A stretch of DNA of 64,000 nucleotides from Chiloscyllium plagiosum (Eukaryota): the NCBI RefSeq assembly GCF_004010195.1, contig NC_057718.1:85091136-85155135 (forward strand). The letters run 5' to 3'. The translations under genes were made by a program, and so were the position numbers. Below, piece by piece: positions 14,547 to 28,017 of the stretch (positions within the stretch are counted from its first letter, which is position 1; every line of letters starts with the position of its first letter). A model generated the notes under the pieces. It did no database searches and was not told the DNA's origin. It worked only from the letters and a program-made list of their open reading frames with translations.

Positions 14547-15017
14547 CATATAAAATTTGACATTGAGCACTATAAATAGATGTTAGCAGAGAAGATCAAA
14601 AGCTTGTCATAGAATTAGATTAGAAGATGTGTTTTACAGAAGTGCAGAAAAGTGAAAACGTTTAGTGAGCGAATTTCAAAGATTAGAATCTACACACTTG
14701 AATACATCAAGTGGGATGATGGATGTGGGATCAGTTAACAGGTAAGAATTGGAACCATGCAAAGATCTCAGTAAGTTGTAGGACTAGAGGAATTTGCAAA
14801 AAAAGAGTGATGTTCAAGGCGATGGAGGGATTCAATATCAAGAATGAGAATTTTAAAAGCAATATATTACATCATCATACTGTGCTTCTGAAAGCTCAGA
14901 ACGAACATTTCATTTACACAGCTTCAAATACAACCTTCCACCAAAGAATAGCTTCTCTAAAGGAATGTGACTGACCATTGAAATGAAATGCTTTTGTATT
15001 CTATTACTTTTCCTCAC

Positions 15018-15076
15018 CTTCCCTCCAATCAAGATTGTCCTTGGTACAAAGGCTTTGTTTGGTTCCTTCTTGATAC
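15018..15076 (-). CDS. pygb: Glycogen phosphorylase exon 15 (59 nt)
   Basis: (R)IKKEPNKAFVPRTILIGGK; cag| acceptor, |gtgag donor. Confidence 0.95.
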
Positions 15077-15229
15077 CTGAAAAACAGATGGCAGATCATT
15101 TCAAAATAAAACACTTGCTGTTAACCTTTGATCTTGCATTTATAATTGCAATTCTAGTGTCAACCAGTACGCTTGTCCAACAGGTGCAAGATTCTTGCTC
15201 CCAGTGAGGAGGGGGGCATAGACTATAAG

Positions 15230-15745
15230 GAGAACTTACCTCAGCACCATGATCCAGAATGCCATTCATGTTGGAGAACAAAAATAACTGTAGTAGTAAT
15301 AGCAGACAGCTTGTTAGGGAATAAACATTATTCTCTGCAAAGGGACAGAGTCTTGAAGACTCTTTTACCTCACTGGTATCAAGGTTCAGGACATCTCTGC
15401 TGGGTTACAGAAGAATTTGGAATGGGAGGGGAAAGATCCATCTGCTGTGGTCCATGTTGGTACCAATGACATGAGTAGGACGAGGAAAAGATTCTGAGGG
15501 ATTACGAGCATCCTAGGCCTGAATTATAAAACAGAACCACAAATACAATAATCTCTGGATTGCTACCCAAGCCAGCAAATCTGACTTAGGGTACATAAGA
15601 TTTGCAGGGTAAATGCATAGCTCAAATAATGGTGTGGGAAAAACAGGTTCTAATTCAGGGGGCACTGACACTAGTACCAGGGAAGACAGAGGCATTCCAT
15701 TCAGGCAGGCTTCATCTGAACCATGCTGGGACCTGTAACCTGGCA
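15230..15745 (+). mobile_element. CR1 LINE ORF1 remnant (SGNH/GDSL esterase-like)
   Basis: Degenerate motifs VVIADS, VVHVGTNDM and LHLNHAGT, known from esterase-type ORF1 of CR1 elements. Confidence 0.6.
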
Positions 15746-15749
15746 AATC

Positions 15750-17880
15750 AGAGTCATAGAGCATAGAAATAAACCCTTCAGTCCAACTAGTCCATGCCGA
15801 CCATGTTCCCAAATTAACATGGTCCCACTTACTTGTGTATCCCTCCAAACCTCTCTTATTCATGTACTTACCCAAATGGCTTTTAAATGTTGTAACTGCA
15901 CCAGCATCCACAAATTCTTCTGGCAGTTCATTCCACATATGAACTGCTGTGTTAAAAAAAGTGCCCCTTACATCCTTTTTAAATCTTTCTCCTGTCACCT
16001 TAAAAACATGCCCCCTAGTTTTGAACTGCCCACCCTAGAGAAAAGATTCTTGCTATTCATTTTATCTATGCCCCTCATGATTTTATAAACGTCCATAAAG
16101 GTCACCAATCTCCTACACTCCAGTGAAAAACGTTCCAGCCTATCTTTGTAACTCAAAACCTCCAATCCCTTCAACATCCTAGTAAAGCTTTTCTGAACCC
16201 TCTCCAATTTAATAATATCCTTCCTGTAGCAGGGTGACCAGGGCTATACGCAGTAATCCAAAAGTGGCCTCACCAATTTCCTGTACAACCTCAACATGAT
16301 GTCCCAATTTCTATACTCAAAGGTCTGAGCAATGAAGGCACACATGCTGAATACATTCTTAACCATCCTGTCTACGCATAACATAAATTTCAAAGAATTA
16401 GAGATCTGAATCCCTAAGTCTCTCTGTAATACAACACTACTCAGAGACTTAGCATTAATTGTATAAGTCTTGCCCTTGTTTGTTTTACCAAAATGCAATA
16501 TCTTGCATTTATCCAATTTAAACTCCATCTCCACTGCTTAGCCCGTTGACCCAATTGATCAAGATCTCTTTATTATCTTAGATAACCTCTTTCACTGTCC
16601 ACTAGACCACCAATCTTGATGTCATCTGCAAACTTACTAACTGTGCCTCTTGAATTCTCATCCAAATTGTTTATATAAATGACAAACAAAAAATAGACCC
16701 ACTACTAATCTCTGTGGATCACAACTGGTCACAGAACTAGAGTCCAAAAATCAACCCTCCACTGCCACCCTCTGTCACCTACCATCAAGTCAATTTTGAA
16801 TCCCATTGGCAAACACTTTGAATTCCATGTGATCTAACTTTACTAATTAATCTACTATGTAGAACCTTGTCAAAGGTTTTACTAAAGTCCATATAAACAA
16901 TGTCGACGGCTCTGCTCTCAATCTTCTTGGATATCCTCAAAAAACAATCTTAAATTTCTGAAACACTATTACCCCTCACAAAAAAAATGATGCTTACTAT
17001 TCTTAATCAGTCCTGGCCTCTCGAAATGCATATCCTGTAAATCCTATCTTTCAGAATAACCTCCAACAGCCTACCCACCAGCAATAAAAACTGAAAGAAC
17101 TACGGATGCTGTAAATTACAAACAAAAACAGAGGTTGCTGGAAAAGCTCAGCAGGTCTGGCAGCATCTGTGAAGAGAAATCAAAGTTAACATTTTGGGTC
17201 CGGTGACCCTTCCCCAGAATTTCCTCCGATCTGAGGAAGGATCACCAGTTCTGAAACATGAACTTTGATTTCTCGTCACAGATGCTGCCAGACCTACTGA
17301 GCTTTTCTAGCAACTTCTGTTTTTTGAAAGCCCAGCAATGTCAGACTTACCCATCTAAAGTCCCCGGGCTTCTCCTCTTGCTCTTAATATACATGTAGAA
17401 TGTCTTCAGATTATCCTTAACCTTAACTGACAAGGCAATTCATATTCCCTTTTTGCGCTCCTGACTTCCCTCTTAAGATTGCCACTACACCCTTTATACT
17501 CTTCAAGAGATTGATTTGACCCCAGTTGTCTATACCTCATATATGACTCTCCCTTATTTTTGACCAGAACCTTAATATCTTTATTGTCCATTGTTCCCAA
17601 CTCTTACCAGCCTTTCCTTCACCCTAAGGCCTCTGAACTCTTGTTATCACACTTTTTAAAGCCTCCCACTTGTCAGTCATCACTTTACTTGTGAACACTC
17701 TACTCAAATCAGCTTTTGAAAGTTCCTGTCTCATATAATTAAAATATATGGAAGGCCTGTCCTTTCCATAACTATTTTAAAACTAATAGAATTATGATTA
17801 CTAGTTCCAAAGTGTTCCCCTACTAACACTTCAGTCACTTGCCCTGCCTTATCTCTCAACAGGCCAAATTTTACTCCTTC
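15750..17880 (-). mobile_element. CR1 LINE fragment (ORF2 and 3' UTR), interrupted by a palindromic element
   Basis: SKFADD, CKILHFG, LVRPLLDYCV, WNELPEE in minus-strand frames. Confidence 0.85.
17086..17330. mobile_element. Penelope-derived palindromic element (third family) nested in CR1
   Basis: About 100-bp inverted arms; degenerate cores CTGgGGA-a-GGGTC-ACCG-GACCC-aAAATGTT (minus) and CTGAGGAAGGATCACC...GAAAC (plus); ccagcaat repeated on both sides. Confidence 0.7.
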
Positions 17881-19962
17881 TCTAGTAGATAATTTTCTTT
17901 ATCGATATGTAAATGGAATTTCTTGTCTGAGGGTAGTGACTGTATGAAATTCTCTACCCTCGAGTGTTAATGGAGGTTTGACCACAAAGCATTTAAACAG
18001 GAGACAAACAGATTTTTCACAGATCATGAAGTTAAGGGCTGTGATAAGCTGACATAAAAGAGGAGATAAGGCCATGATTGTGTTGGATGGTAGGGCAGGC
18101 TTGAGGGGCTGAATGAGCTACTCCTGCTACTATTTATTCTGTTCTTGAGTAGAATAAATTGTTTGCATTCCCTGCTGTGATGAGATACTGTTTACATCAT
18201 CAGACTGATAAAGGGGAACTCAGTGTTGGGGTTGGTGAACTATAATTGAACTATGTTGAACTTATAAACAGCCAGCATTTCCTGCACCTTTCTTTGCTTC
18301 TTAGCTAGTTACAGGTTCAGGATATTTCAATTATAGCCCAACAACCCCAACATGGAATTCAACTTTATATTAGAACACTGCTCCAAAGTTCTCGAATAGG
18401 TGCTGGCAATGGTGGTGTTTATTTGCACTGCAAGTAAATTGGACTAGATTTCTGAATGGCCCATTTTTTGTCTGGATTGTAAATTGATCCCACCTGCTGT
18501 GGAGTACTCCTAGGTCTGTGAATGTTTAATTTGAATCAGTCATCGTCAGCCAGACTCCAAAGATTATAGTGTTAACACAGCTCCTTCAAACAAGACACAG
18601 TAGCTCACATACTGAGTTCAGAGAAAATCCCATTTCTATAATCAGTGTTCAGCAAACAAGACTTGCAGTTAACTAAATACACGCAGAGTTTAAAATGAGC
18701 TCAAGTTTTTTTTAATTTTTGACTCAAAAATGAGTGCCTTTTTATCCTGATGGCTGCATTCGGTTAGTGGAGTAAACAAGGTGCATGTTTAATGCAAAGT
18801 ACTTGTGTAAAGTGGTTAGCCTCATCTGTTGTTCAAATTTCTGAGACTCCTTCCCCTTTCAGGGTACTGAGGAAAGACTGGACACCTTTCAGGGCCAAAA
18901 ATGGAGGCCATAGGCTGTTTCATGAACTTGTGCAATACACAATGAAAGATAATTTAATCAGGGTAGCAAGTGTCACACAGCATTGTTTCCATATGCCCTG
19001 GCAAAGCATCAATTGCGCAGTGTAGATGACTACACAAGTCAGTGAATCTTGAATTTCAATGCTGGTGTAATGGAAGGTATGTGGGCCGTGTGCCCCAATA
19101 CCTGACACACCATATCAAAAAAACACCATCTTTTGACCATTCCTAGTGGGCAGTGTTCCAGAATGCCCAGTCTGTCCTTGCAAACCTTAGAATACCATGT
19201 CCAACATTAAATGTAATTCAGCTATTGGTCAACATTTATAAAATAAACCACACTCTCGTGGCTTCTTCCCGTCTAATCTCAGCTTGAGAATCTACCCATT
19301 CCTGCACAGTTATCTCTGGTGTCAAGTATCTAATCTTAGCCCCTCCAATTTCTCATTTACATACTGTTGCCTAACAACATCATCTGGAAACAAGTCCTTC
19401 TACATATATACTGACAACATTACCCTTTATCTCCCCATCCACTCACCAAGCTACCCCATGCATCATATTTTCTGTAGTAGATGAGCAAAAATGTTCTCCA
19501 ATTATATATTTGGAAGATTGAAGCCCTGGTCTTCAGTTCCACAATAAATTTGACTCCCATGCCACTAATTCCATCCCTCTCCATAGCAACTATCTGCAAC
19601 TAGGTCAAAATGTTTACATTCTTGCAGTCATGTCTGGCTCTGAGAAGAGCTTTCAACTATGTACCTAGGCCATCACCAAGATAGCCTATTTTCACCTTTC
19701 AAACATTACCAGACTCTAGCTGCCTGTGCTACTGAAACACTCATACATGCCTTTACTACCTCCAAATTTGACTACACTAACACATTCCTGGCCCAAATTG
19801 TCTCTAAAATACCTACATACATGTTAACAATAGGTAACTATCAGTAGCTGAGCAGCAAGGATGTGAGTGAGAAGTACTTAATTCATCCAGTCAATTTAAT
19901 GTACAGATACTGACCAATAATGGATATGACACAATATAAACAATTTACGGAATGTGACTTAC

Positions 19963-20110
19963 GGTTATACAGAGTGATAATATGTAAACAGTTAAGTAGC
20001 TGCCTTTTATATTCATGGATCCGCTTCACATGAACATCAAAGAGAGAGGAAGGGTTTATTTTGACGTTATACTCTTTTTCCAAATAAGCAGCAAATTTTA
20101 GTTTATTTTC
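19963..20110 (-). CDS. pygb: Glycogen phosphorylase exon 14 (148 nt)
   Basis: [49 protein letters not shown]; cag| acceptor, |gtaagt donor. Confidence 0.96.
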
Positions 20111-21019
20111 CTGAAATTAAAAAAAATTGTCTCAGCATGAAGACTGCCAAAATAATGAATAACTGCATACTTAATGTTACAATAAGCAGTTTTCTTGATG
20201 TATAATCACTGTTATAATGTAGGAAATATCACCAACTTGTAATATTAAGGTCCAACAAACATTAAATGTGATAATGACTACAAAATGTGAGCAGATCACC
20301 TGCTCAAAAAATGGTAAGACACCCACATTGACCTTTTGGAGGAAGGCCTGCTGCATTGCTTTCCAATCAAGCAGCTGAGAGCGCAGTGGTGAGCCTCTCT
20401 CCAAAATCAAGTCCCAGCAGCCAAGGTCCCTCCCGCTGCTGGCTAATTGCTGATCAGTAACACTCTTAGTTTGCTGTGCCAACAAGGCTGCTATGGTTGC
20501 TGCTGCTGGAAGAACAACCAACATTGCAAGGTGCAATGTGCCAGCTGTGTTTTTTTTCTTGAATGGCAGCAGATTTCAAGGGTTGATCAGAAGCAAATCC
20601 ATTGTGGTAAATGCCTCTATTCTACATCCATGCTCTTGGAACATTCACAATGTAGTGCCGATTGGGGGAAACCCAGCCCTCCCCTTCAATGCCAACAAGC
20701 AGCTCCACACTGGCTTACCAGTTGTGTGGATTGTCTCATTTTTCCCATCTGGAGCTTACAAAGATATGCAACTCGAGCTGGAATAGTGTCCAAAGGTGGT
20801 TCTTAATTGACCACTTATGGGCCTCAAATTGGTAATGGGTAACAAGGCACCCTAAACTCAATTCTGGTTGAGGTGGAAAAATTGTACGCTGCCCCCATCC
20901 TGCTGAATTAAGTTGGAAGATGCCATTCTGTTTAATGATTCAGTTCAAGAACATATGTTGGATCGGACTTTTCAGTGAGCTCCCTTCACTTCAAAACTGC
21001 ATCATCAGATCTTTTATAT

Positions 21020-21606
21020 CAGTGCTTCCCAAATGGTTTCCCATTATGACCCAATATGGTGTTGGAAAGTAGCCGATCCCATGCCAGAGACAGTAGAGCA
21101 GGAAGTGGGTGGTTGAGAGCTTTGTGGGAGTGGCAGAAGAGAAAGCTGTTTCATCCACAAAGGTTTTTCAAGTAAAACGTACCAGCCTTCCCATTAGGGT
21201 TCATAGGACAGAATTCAGGCTACAAAGATTGACCAGTTAGGCCATACCTTCTATTTAAAAAAAAACTGAAAATTAAAGGGATCTCACTGCTGTTAACACT
21301 TGGCCAGACCAAAAACGGTACAGTCTGTTCTGATATAATGCTATAGTCCCGTTTCCGTGCTGTAAGAAAATCACATAATGGCAGCACCATTTAAACCAAT
21401 GGGATTGGCATTATGTTATAGCCATCACCTGTATAGGTAAGAAAAGTTCACATTCTACAAATTCTTCAATCGCGTTATAGCTAATTCACGCTGAAGAAAT
21501 GCATATTACAGCTGAACCGATTGTACATCCTGCTGCATCTGAGCTTGGGAACCCAAAATTTTGATTCATCTCACTGGCGTTTGCAGTTTACAATTTGGGA
21601 AGCGTG
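21020..21606. mobile_element. Probable non-autonomous hAT (Charlie-like) element
   Basis: Ends cagtgcttcccaaa ... tttgggaagcgtg form imperfect TIRs; TSD not clearly preserved. Confidence 0.45.
21321..21523. mobile_element. Tc1/mariner (pogo/Tigger-like) MITE nested in the hAT-like element
   Basis: ta|cagtctgttctgatataa ... ttacagctgaaccgattg|ta: imperfect TIRs with TA on both sides. Confidence 0.5.
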
Positions 21607-21902
21607 TTGCACATCAACCTGACAATAGAAAGAGCTTCAGGTTTCATCCAAGAGATGGCAATGACGGTGCTCAAGACTCTGGAATGGACCTGAACTCTGA
21701 ACCTTCTGGCTCAGAGGAGAAAGGGCTGTCAAAGTGAGCCAAGGCTGCAGTGTTAGCCTTGAACCAACATTTATTTGTCCTTGACCCGACATCATTAAAA
21801 CACAGAATGGGACCTTCCAATCCTGGAGGCTGGAAAACAATACCAAATTTCTGCCACCTTCCTGTTTATGTTTCCATCCCGATCTGATTAGATTTTTTTT
21901 TT

Positions 21903-22209
21903 AAGATTACATTACAGTGTGGAAACAGGCCCTTCGGCCCAACAAGTCCACACCGACCCACCGAAGCATAACCCACCCATACCCCTACATTTAACCCTTA
22001 CCTAACTCTACGGGCAATTTAGCGTGGCCAATTCACCTGACCTGTACATCTTTGGACCGTGGGAGGAAACCAGAGCACCCGGAGGAAACCCACGCCGACA
22101 CGGGGAGAATGTGCAAACTCCACACAGTCAGTTGCCTGAGGCAGGAATTGAACCCGGGTCAATGGCGCTGTGAGGCAGAAGTGCTAACCACTGTGCCACC
22201 GTGCCGCCC
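21903..22209 (-). mobile_element. HE1-type tRNA-derived V-SINE, near full length
   Basis: A box TGGCACAGTGG, B box GGTTCAATTCC, V-domain GTGTGGAGTTTGCACATTCTCCCCGTGTC, CR1-like tail. Confidence 0.88.
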
Positions 22210-22237
22210 ACTCTTCCACTTAATAGAACAGTCTTAC

Positions 22238-22307
22238 CTCAACTATGATATCTACAAGGCTGGGGTTGTAACAGCAAACATCTTGGAGTGATCTTATTTG
22301 TCTTATT
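22238..22307 (-). pseudogene. Degenerate duplicate (pseudoexon) of the 3' part of pygb exon 12 in intron 13
   Basis: Manual alignment to exon 12 gives 57/70 identical nt plus a 5-nt deletion; reads [13 protein letters not shown] then, frameshifted, [10 protein letters not shown], ending GAG|gtaag. Confidence 0.85.
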
Positions 22308-22376
22308 ATATTTCATACAAAATAGGTTGCAGAATACAAAGAAAAATACAAAGATAATCTGAATTATTAATTGTAC

Positions 22377-22478
22377 CTGCTTAACATTGGCCACATCTCT
22401 AATGAACGCTTCATTTTCAGCAAAGGCCAGCAGTTTCTTCAACTGGTGTAAGTCTGTGATAAAACCCTCTCCAATCCT
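22377..22478 (-). CDS. pygb: Glycogen phosphorylase exon 13 (102 nt)
   Basis: [34 protein letters not shown]; aag| acceptor, |gtac donor. Confidence 0.95.
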
Positions 22479-22719
22479 CTTTGGGGAACAAAATTGTATT
22501 TAGCCAGTGAGAAAAGTACCAAGTATTCAAATTGAAGCAGGGGTCTTTTCAAAAGCACAGTTCTTTATTGTATATCAAACTCCAATGGTATACTGCAGTT
22601 AACATAGGAGAACATTCAAAAACTTAAATGAAATAGTGCTGTGGATCTTGTACATTCACTTGCAAGGGCAGAGGTAGTCTCAGTGTAATAGCTCAGGTAA
22701 AAATCAACACCCCCAATTC

Positions 22720-23810
22720 AGAATCACACAGAGTACAGAGGAGACCCATTGACCCGACAATAACCCAATCTTAGCCGGCTGTGCTTCATAGCTAAACTAC
22801 TCCATTCCAAACAGCATCCTAATGAAGCTCCTCTGCACACCTTCCAGTGCAATCACATCCTTCCTGAATGTAGTGACTAAAACTGCATACACTACTCCAG
22901 TTGCAGCCTAACCAAAGTTTTATACAGCTCCAGCATTATTTCCCTGCTCTTATAACCTATGCCACAAGCAATCAAGGCAACTAGCTCATTGGCTGCTTAA
23001 GCACTGTATTAATGTGTCCTGCCACTTTTAGAGATCTATAAACAAGGATCCCAAGATCTTGCTGTCCCCTCTGACCTTCCTAGTGTTCTGTCATTCATTG
23101 AATACTCCCTTGTCTTGTTAATTCTTCCAAAGTCCATGATCTTACACTTATCAAGGTTAAATTCCATTTGCCATTGAGCTGCTTATCTGACCAATCTGTC
23201 TACATCTTCCTGTAACCCAAGACCTTCTCGCTCACTGTCAACCAGTCAGCCAACTTCCATGTCATTCACAAACTTCTTCATCCTCCACAATTTCTTGTAT
23301 ATTGTTTAGATAGACAACACAAACAAAGGGTCCAGCACCGTTCCCTGTGGTACACCACTGGGCATCAGACTTCAGTCACACAAATACCCATCTACCACCA
23401 CCCTCTATCTCCTAACTTGGATCTCATGTGCTTTTATCTTCTTTATCATATGGGACTCTGTCAAAGACTTCACTGAAATCCATATAAACTATATCAACTG
23501 TACAACCTTCATCTACACACCTGGTCACCTTCTTGAACAACTCAAGTGTTAGGCAAGACCTCATCTGACAAAGCCACATTGACAATCCCTGATAAGATCT
23601 TGCCTCTCGAAGTGGAGGTTCATTCCCTTCTTCAGAATTTTCTCCAATAGCTTCCCATCACTAATTTTAGACTCACTGCTCTATAATTCCCTGGTTTACC
23701 TCTATCATTCTTCCTGACAATTCATTCATTCTCCATTGTCACCAAACAGGAATTAAAAATTTGAGTCTAGCCCCTGCAATTTCCTCCCTTGTCTCCAACA
23801 GCAGCCTGGA
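22720..23810 (-). mobile_element. Degraded CR1 LINE fragment
   Basis: Minus-strand RT remnants such as SGVPQGTVL (agtggtgtaccacagggaacggtgctg). Confidence 0.7.
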
Positions 23811-24056
23811 ATACTGTGCTTCAATCTGAATTTCCTAAAAGCAATATCAACAATGTGCAATTATGATTTTAATATAGTAAAACTATTAAAGAAGTGATTC
23901 ACATGAGCATTATCAAAGGTGTCAATAGATTAGATAGAGAAACATTACCTTTGCCGGTTGAGAATCAAAATATGGGAATACAACCTTAATCTTAAATCTC
24001 TGTCATTCAGATCAACATATGGTTAATTGAGTTTTGATCCCATTCTCTTCCAGTTA

Positions 24057-24200
<144 letters not shown>

Positions 24201-25313
24201 CTAATATGAACTTGTTTTATTTTCACATTTGCATGCTTGCTTGACTTTGTTGTTATAGCTTGGTTGGGCGGGGGGGGGGGGGGGGGGGGGGGGTAGAGAG
24301 AAAGGAGCGGGGGAGTGGAAAATGTGATAAAAACAAACTGCTTAAAATGCACCCCGTCACATGGGGTTTTGATAGGTTTATTCAAAATAAGAAAAGAAAG
24401 GATTGTATTTATATAGCAGAATTTATATCAGCATGAGTTCACGACAACGCAAAGCACTTCATAGCCTATTAAGTAATTTTACAAGAGTAGATCCTGTTGC
24501 AATGTAGGTCTACAATTGTATTAGATTCAGGGCTAGGATTGTAACTAGACACTATTATTGTATCTTTTGAAAACCTGCATTCTCCTCGAAGTGTGTTGCA
24601 CTTTCTCCAAGATCATGAATAAACAAATATAAATGAGGACAATATGTATTGATAAAAATGAATTCTCAGTTTACATTACCCCTTGTCCTCTAGCCCTTCT
24701 TTGACCTTTCCTTATGGTGCACTTGTTCTTGCTTCCCCTCTCTTTTTCTCAACAGCATGAAACCCAGCACATTTGTGCTTCTCTCATCATTTCTTCAAAC
24801 ATTAATTCTGTTTCTCTCTCCACAAAAAAACACCATATCTGCAGAGTTTCTCCAGCTTGTTCTGCTTTTATTAACTTCAAATTAGTGCTGGGCCATTTAG
24901 GGGTGAAATCTTGAAGCATTTGTTCACATGGAGAGTTGTGGAAATCTGGAACTCTTCAAAACAACTGTTCAGGCTCTTCCAGAAATAGATATGATTTTAC
25001 ACAGGCAAGGGGATTAAAGCAATAGGGTCCCAAAGCAGGTTAAAGGAATTCAAATCCACTATAATCTAAGTGAATGATCGAGTAAGCTTGCAGGGCTGAA
25101 TGATCGATTCCTGTTCCTCTCTGTCAAGAGACCTATAGCAGCCGTCAAGGCTAAACGAGCAGAGTTGTGAGCACCTGCTGAACCTCAATCAGCAGAAACG
25201 TTGTCCATCTGGAATCTCTCTAGTTAAATGAACATTGAATTTCTGTGCACAAAGTTAAATTTTTCTTCACAGAAAAGACAACTATTTTATCTGTTGTTAC
25301 TGCCACCACTTAC

Positions 25314-25477
25314 ACTGTACTTTTCACGATTTCTGAATGAATTTGTGCAACTCCGTTAACAGCATGTGATCCAACAACACTCAGGTGTGCCATGTTAATC
25401 CTCTTGGGATCTCCCTCTTCAATCAGAGACATACGTGCCAGGCGGTCAACGTCACCAGGATACAATGCAGCAATGTT
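25314..25477 (-). CDS. pygb: Glycogen phosphorylase exon 11 (164 nt)
   Basis: [55 protein letters not shown]; cag| acceptor, |gtaagt donor. Confidence 0.96.
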
Positions 25478-28017
25478 CTGCAACAAAAAGTGAATGCTTG
25501 GATGACCTTAACTAGTAGATAATATAACAAGGTTCTTTTAGTCCTTTGACCTAATGAAACAGCTGGGTAGATGTACTGAGGAACATTCAAATAGCAAAGC
25601 ATAAGACAATCCTAAAAACAATCCTAAAGCAAACCCCCTAAGCAGATAGTTACCAAAGATTTATTCTTAAAGGTTTTGCTTACTTCTTCATTTTTCTCTA
25701 CAAACTTAGAAAAAACAAATAGGCCAAATCTGAAGATTCACTTCAGCAAGACAACTAGGATTGATAAATGTGAATTGATTTTGATCTTGTTAATAATTGG
25801 GTGCAAGTTTTGCTAGAATGAAATGTTTTTAGCTTTGTGTAAAAAGTTGTGAACAGTTACATTTCAAAGGGATAAACCATATTTTAAATCTGGCACATTT
25901 CCAACAAAATAAAATGTCCCAAATACAAAGTTTTGTGTGAAATCTGGATATAATCTATTTTTTTTTTAAAGAGGAGAGGAATCCTGTGGTTCTAGATTGG
26001 TGTTCAGGCTGTAGGAGCAGAAAATCTACAAGCAGCACTTTTGTTACATACCCTGGAGTAAGTCTTCAACTTAATTGCATGACTAGGAATTTCAACCAGA
26101 TCATCGCTCTATCGACATTGAAGGGGAAAAAATGTACATGCCTTTTTTGTGCCTTTCTTATGGTAAGTTTCAAGGCACAAAGTAGGTAGAGTCATAGTCA
26201 TTGTTATAAAATAAGAAAACACAAAGCCAAACTATTAGTGATTTGGTGGTGAAAAAAATTCAGTTGCGTGTAAGAGCACTTTTGAATTGTTCACCAAATC
26301 CTATAAACAGCAATGTAACAATGACTAGATCATTTATTAGTGATGTTTTCGAAGGATACAGGCGGTCCACAGCACATTAGATAACTGTGAGAAGATTTTA
26401 AAGTGGTCTCCACAGATAAGGTACAGAACTCAGTTTGCTGAATAGACTTACCCATCTCTCTCAAGAATAAAAATTAAAATGAATACAAAAATTGGCAAAT
26501 AAAAGCAATTCACCTCTCCCTCAGGGGTGTTCACTGAAAGGAATCTGCTCTTTACAGTAAATCAATAGTACAAAGCAGCCTAGGGACATCTGATACCATA
26601 TTCTGGAGGAGTGGAATGGAAACTGATCCCCTGAACAGGGGTGAATTTCAATTTCAATGCCTTTATATGGGTGGGTTCTGATGGTAGTCAGGAAAGAAAT
26701 GAGTGTGGGGTACACGGAGTAAATATTCTTGTACCTCCTGGTCTTCAAGGTGCGCTGTAACACCACTTGCCTTCTTTCCATGGTTATCCTCATCTCGCTC
26801 CATCTGCCAAGTTTGCCAAGACCACAGTAAAACTGAAGCAGGTTACTTAAAGGCTGTGGCCTTCATTAACAGACTAAAAGTGGGTCAGACATTTATCCCT
26901 TATCCCAACTGAGTAAAACCTGGAAATTGGTGGTTTGGAGCTGCCATCCAGATTTATTTCTATTTTTTGGCCATTTATACGCCACATCATGCCCAATCCA
27001 ACAGCTCAATTGTATTACAACTGTCCCTAAAGGATGGCTCTCTCACCATGTACTGACCATGGGCTTTCCCACTTATCTTTTCTGGAAATAGGCTTCTTTA
27101 GGCTTATATGAAACATAATAGTAGTTAAAGCTGTAGAACAGAGGGAGAGTGTTGTTATTAAATACATTAGGAGCCAGCTGCTTACTCAGTTCTAGAATCT
27201 AAAGCTTTCTGAATTTCTTAAAAGGAATATTGATTTTGCACTTTTAGAGACTCAGTACTACCTTTGTTCGAGCACATATAGTCTATACCTCAGCTCTTCT
27301 AAAACTATATTGCCTATATTTAATCCTGTACAAACATCATTGCCTCACTGATTTACTTGGTCTATTTGTTCCCCAATTCCTCACATAAAATTCTCATCCT
27401 CATGTTCGAATCATATTATGCTCTCTGAGACCCCATCCCAACATATCTTTCTTCTCCAACCTTGGTAAATTCTGGAGTGAAGGGAACAAGAATGCACAAG
27501 ATACTTCATTACAGGAACACAGTACTTGCTGTGCTAACAGGCTGGGGAGTATTGCACTGAGTGAGGGAGGGGTGAAGCTGTGAAAGAATTCAAATGCAAG
27601 AATAAAAATTTTAAAATGTGAGATACTGGGGACAGATAGCCAATGTAGGTCAGTAAGCACAAGGTGGCTGGTTAGTTAGCAGGAGATAAGATGGGATAGG
27701 ACTAAGGCTCTCAACAGTCAGATGTTCATAGGATCCACCAAAATAATAAAAATAATCTGCAGAACAGGGGATTCTGCAATCTACCTATGTCTCACTCTTA
27801 TTCTTTCCAGATTTTTCAATTCAGCCAAAGGCTATTAATATGGCCTCACCATTCATGCATGCATAAAGGTAGTTCACTGCTTCAACACCTCAAAATACCA
27901 TCACCTAAACCTCAATCTGTTCCCAACTCTCAAGAGTCAAGCCTCACCTTGCTAACTGTGCTCCATCTCGAAGTTCTGACCTTGTGTTTTCAACAAGAAT
28001 CACATTGAGAAACACAT

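Noticed and set aside
21790..21830. Possible duplicate of exon 13 (AGGATTGGA) downstream of the exon 12 copy
   Set aside because: Only about 9 nt match and the alignment does not extend.
24266..24293. Long G run (also about 5533-5548) as a G-quadruplex or splicing element
   Set aside because: Simple homopolymers; the pre-mRNA strand is poly-C and nothing indicates function.
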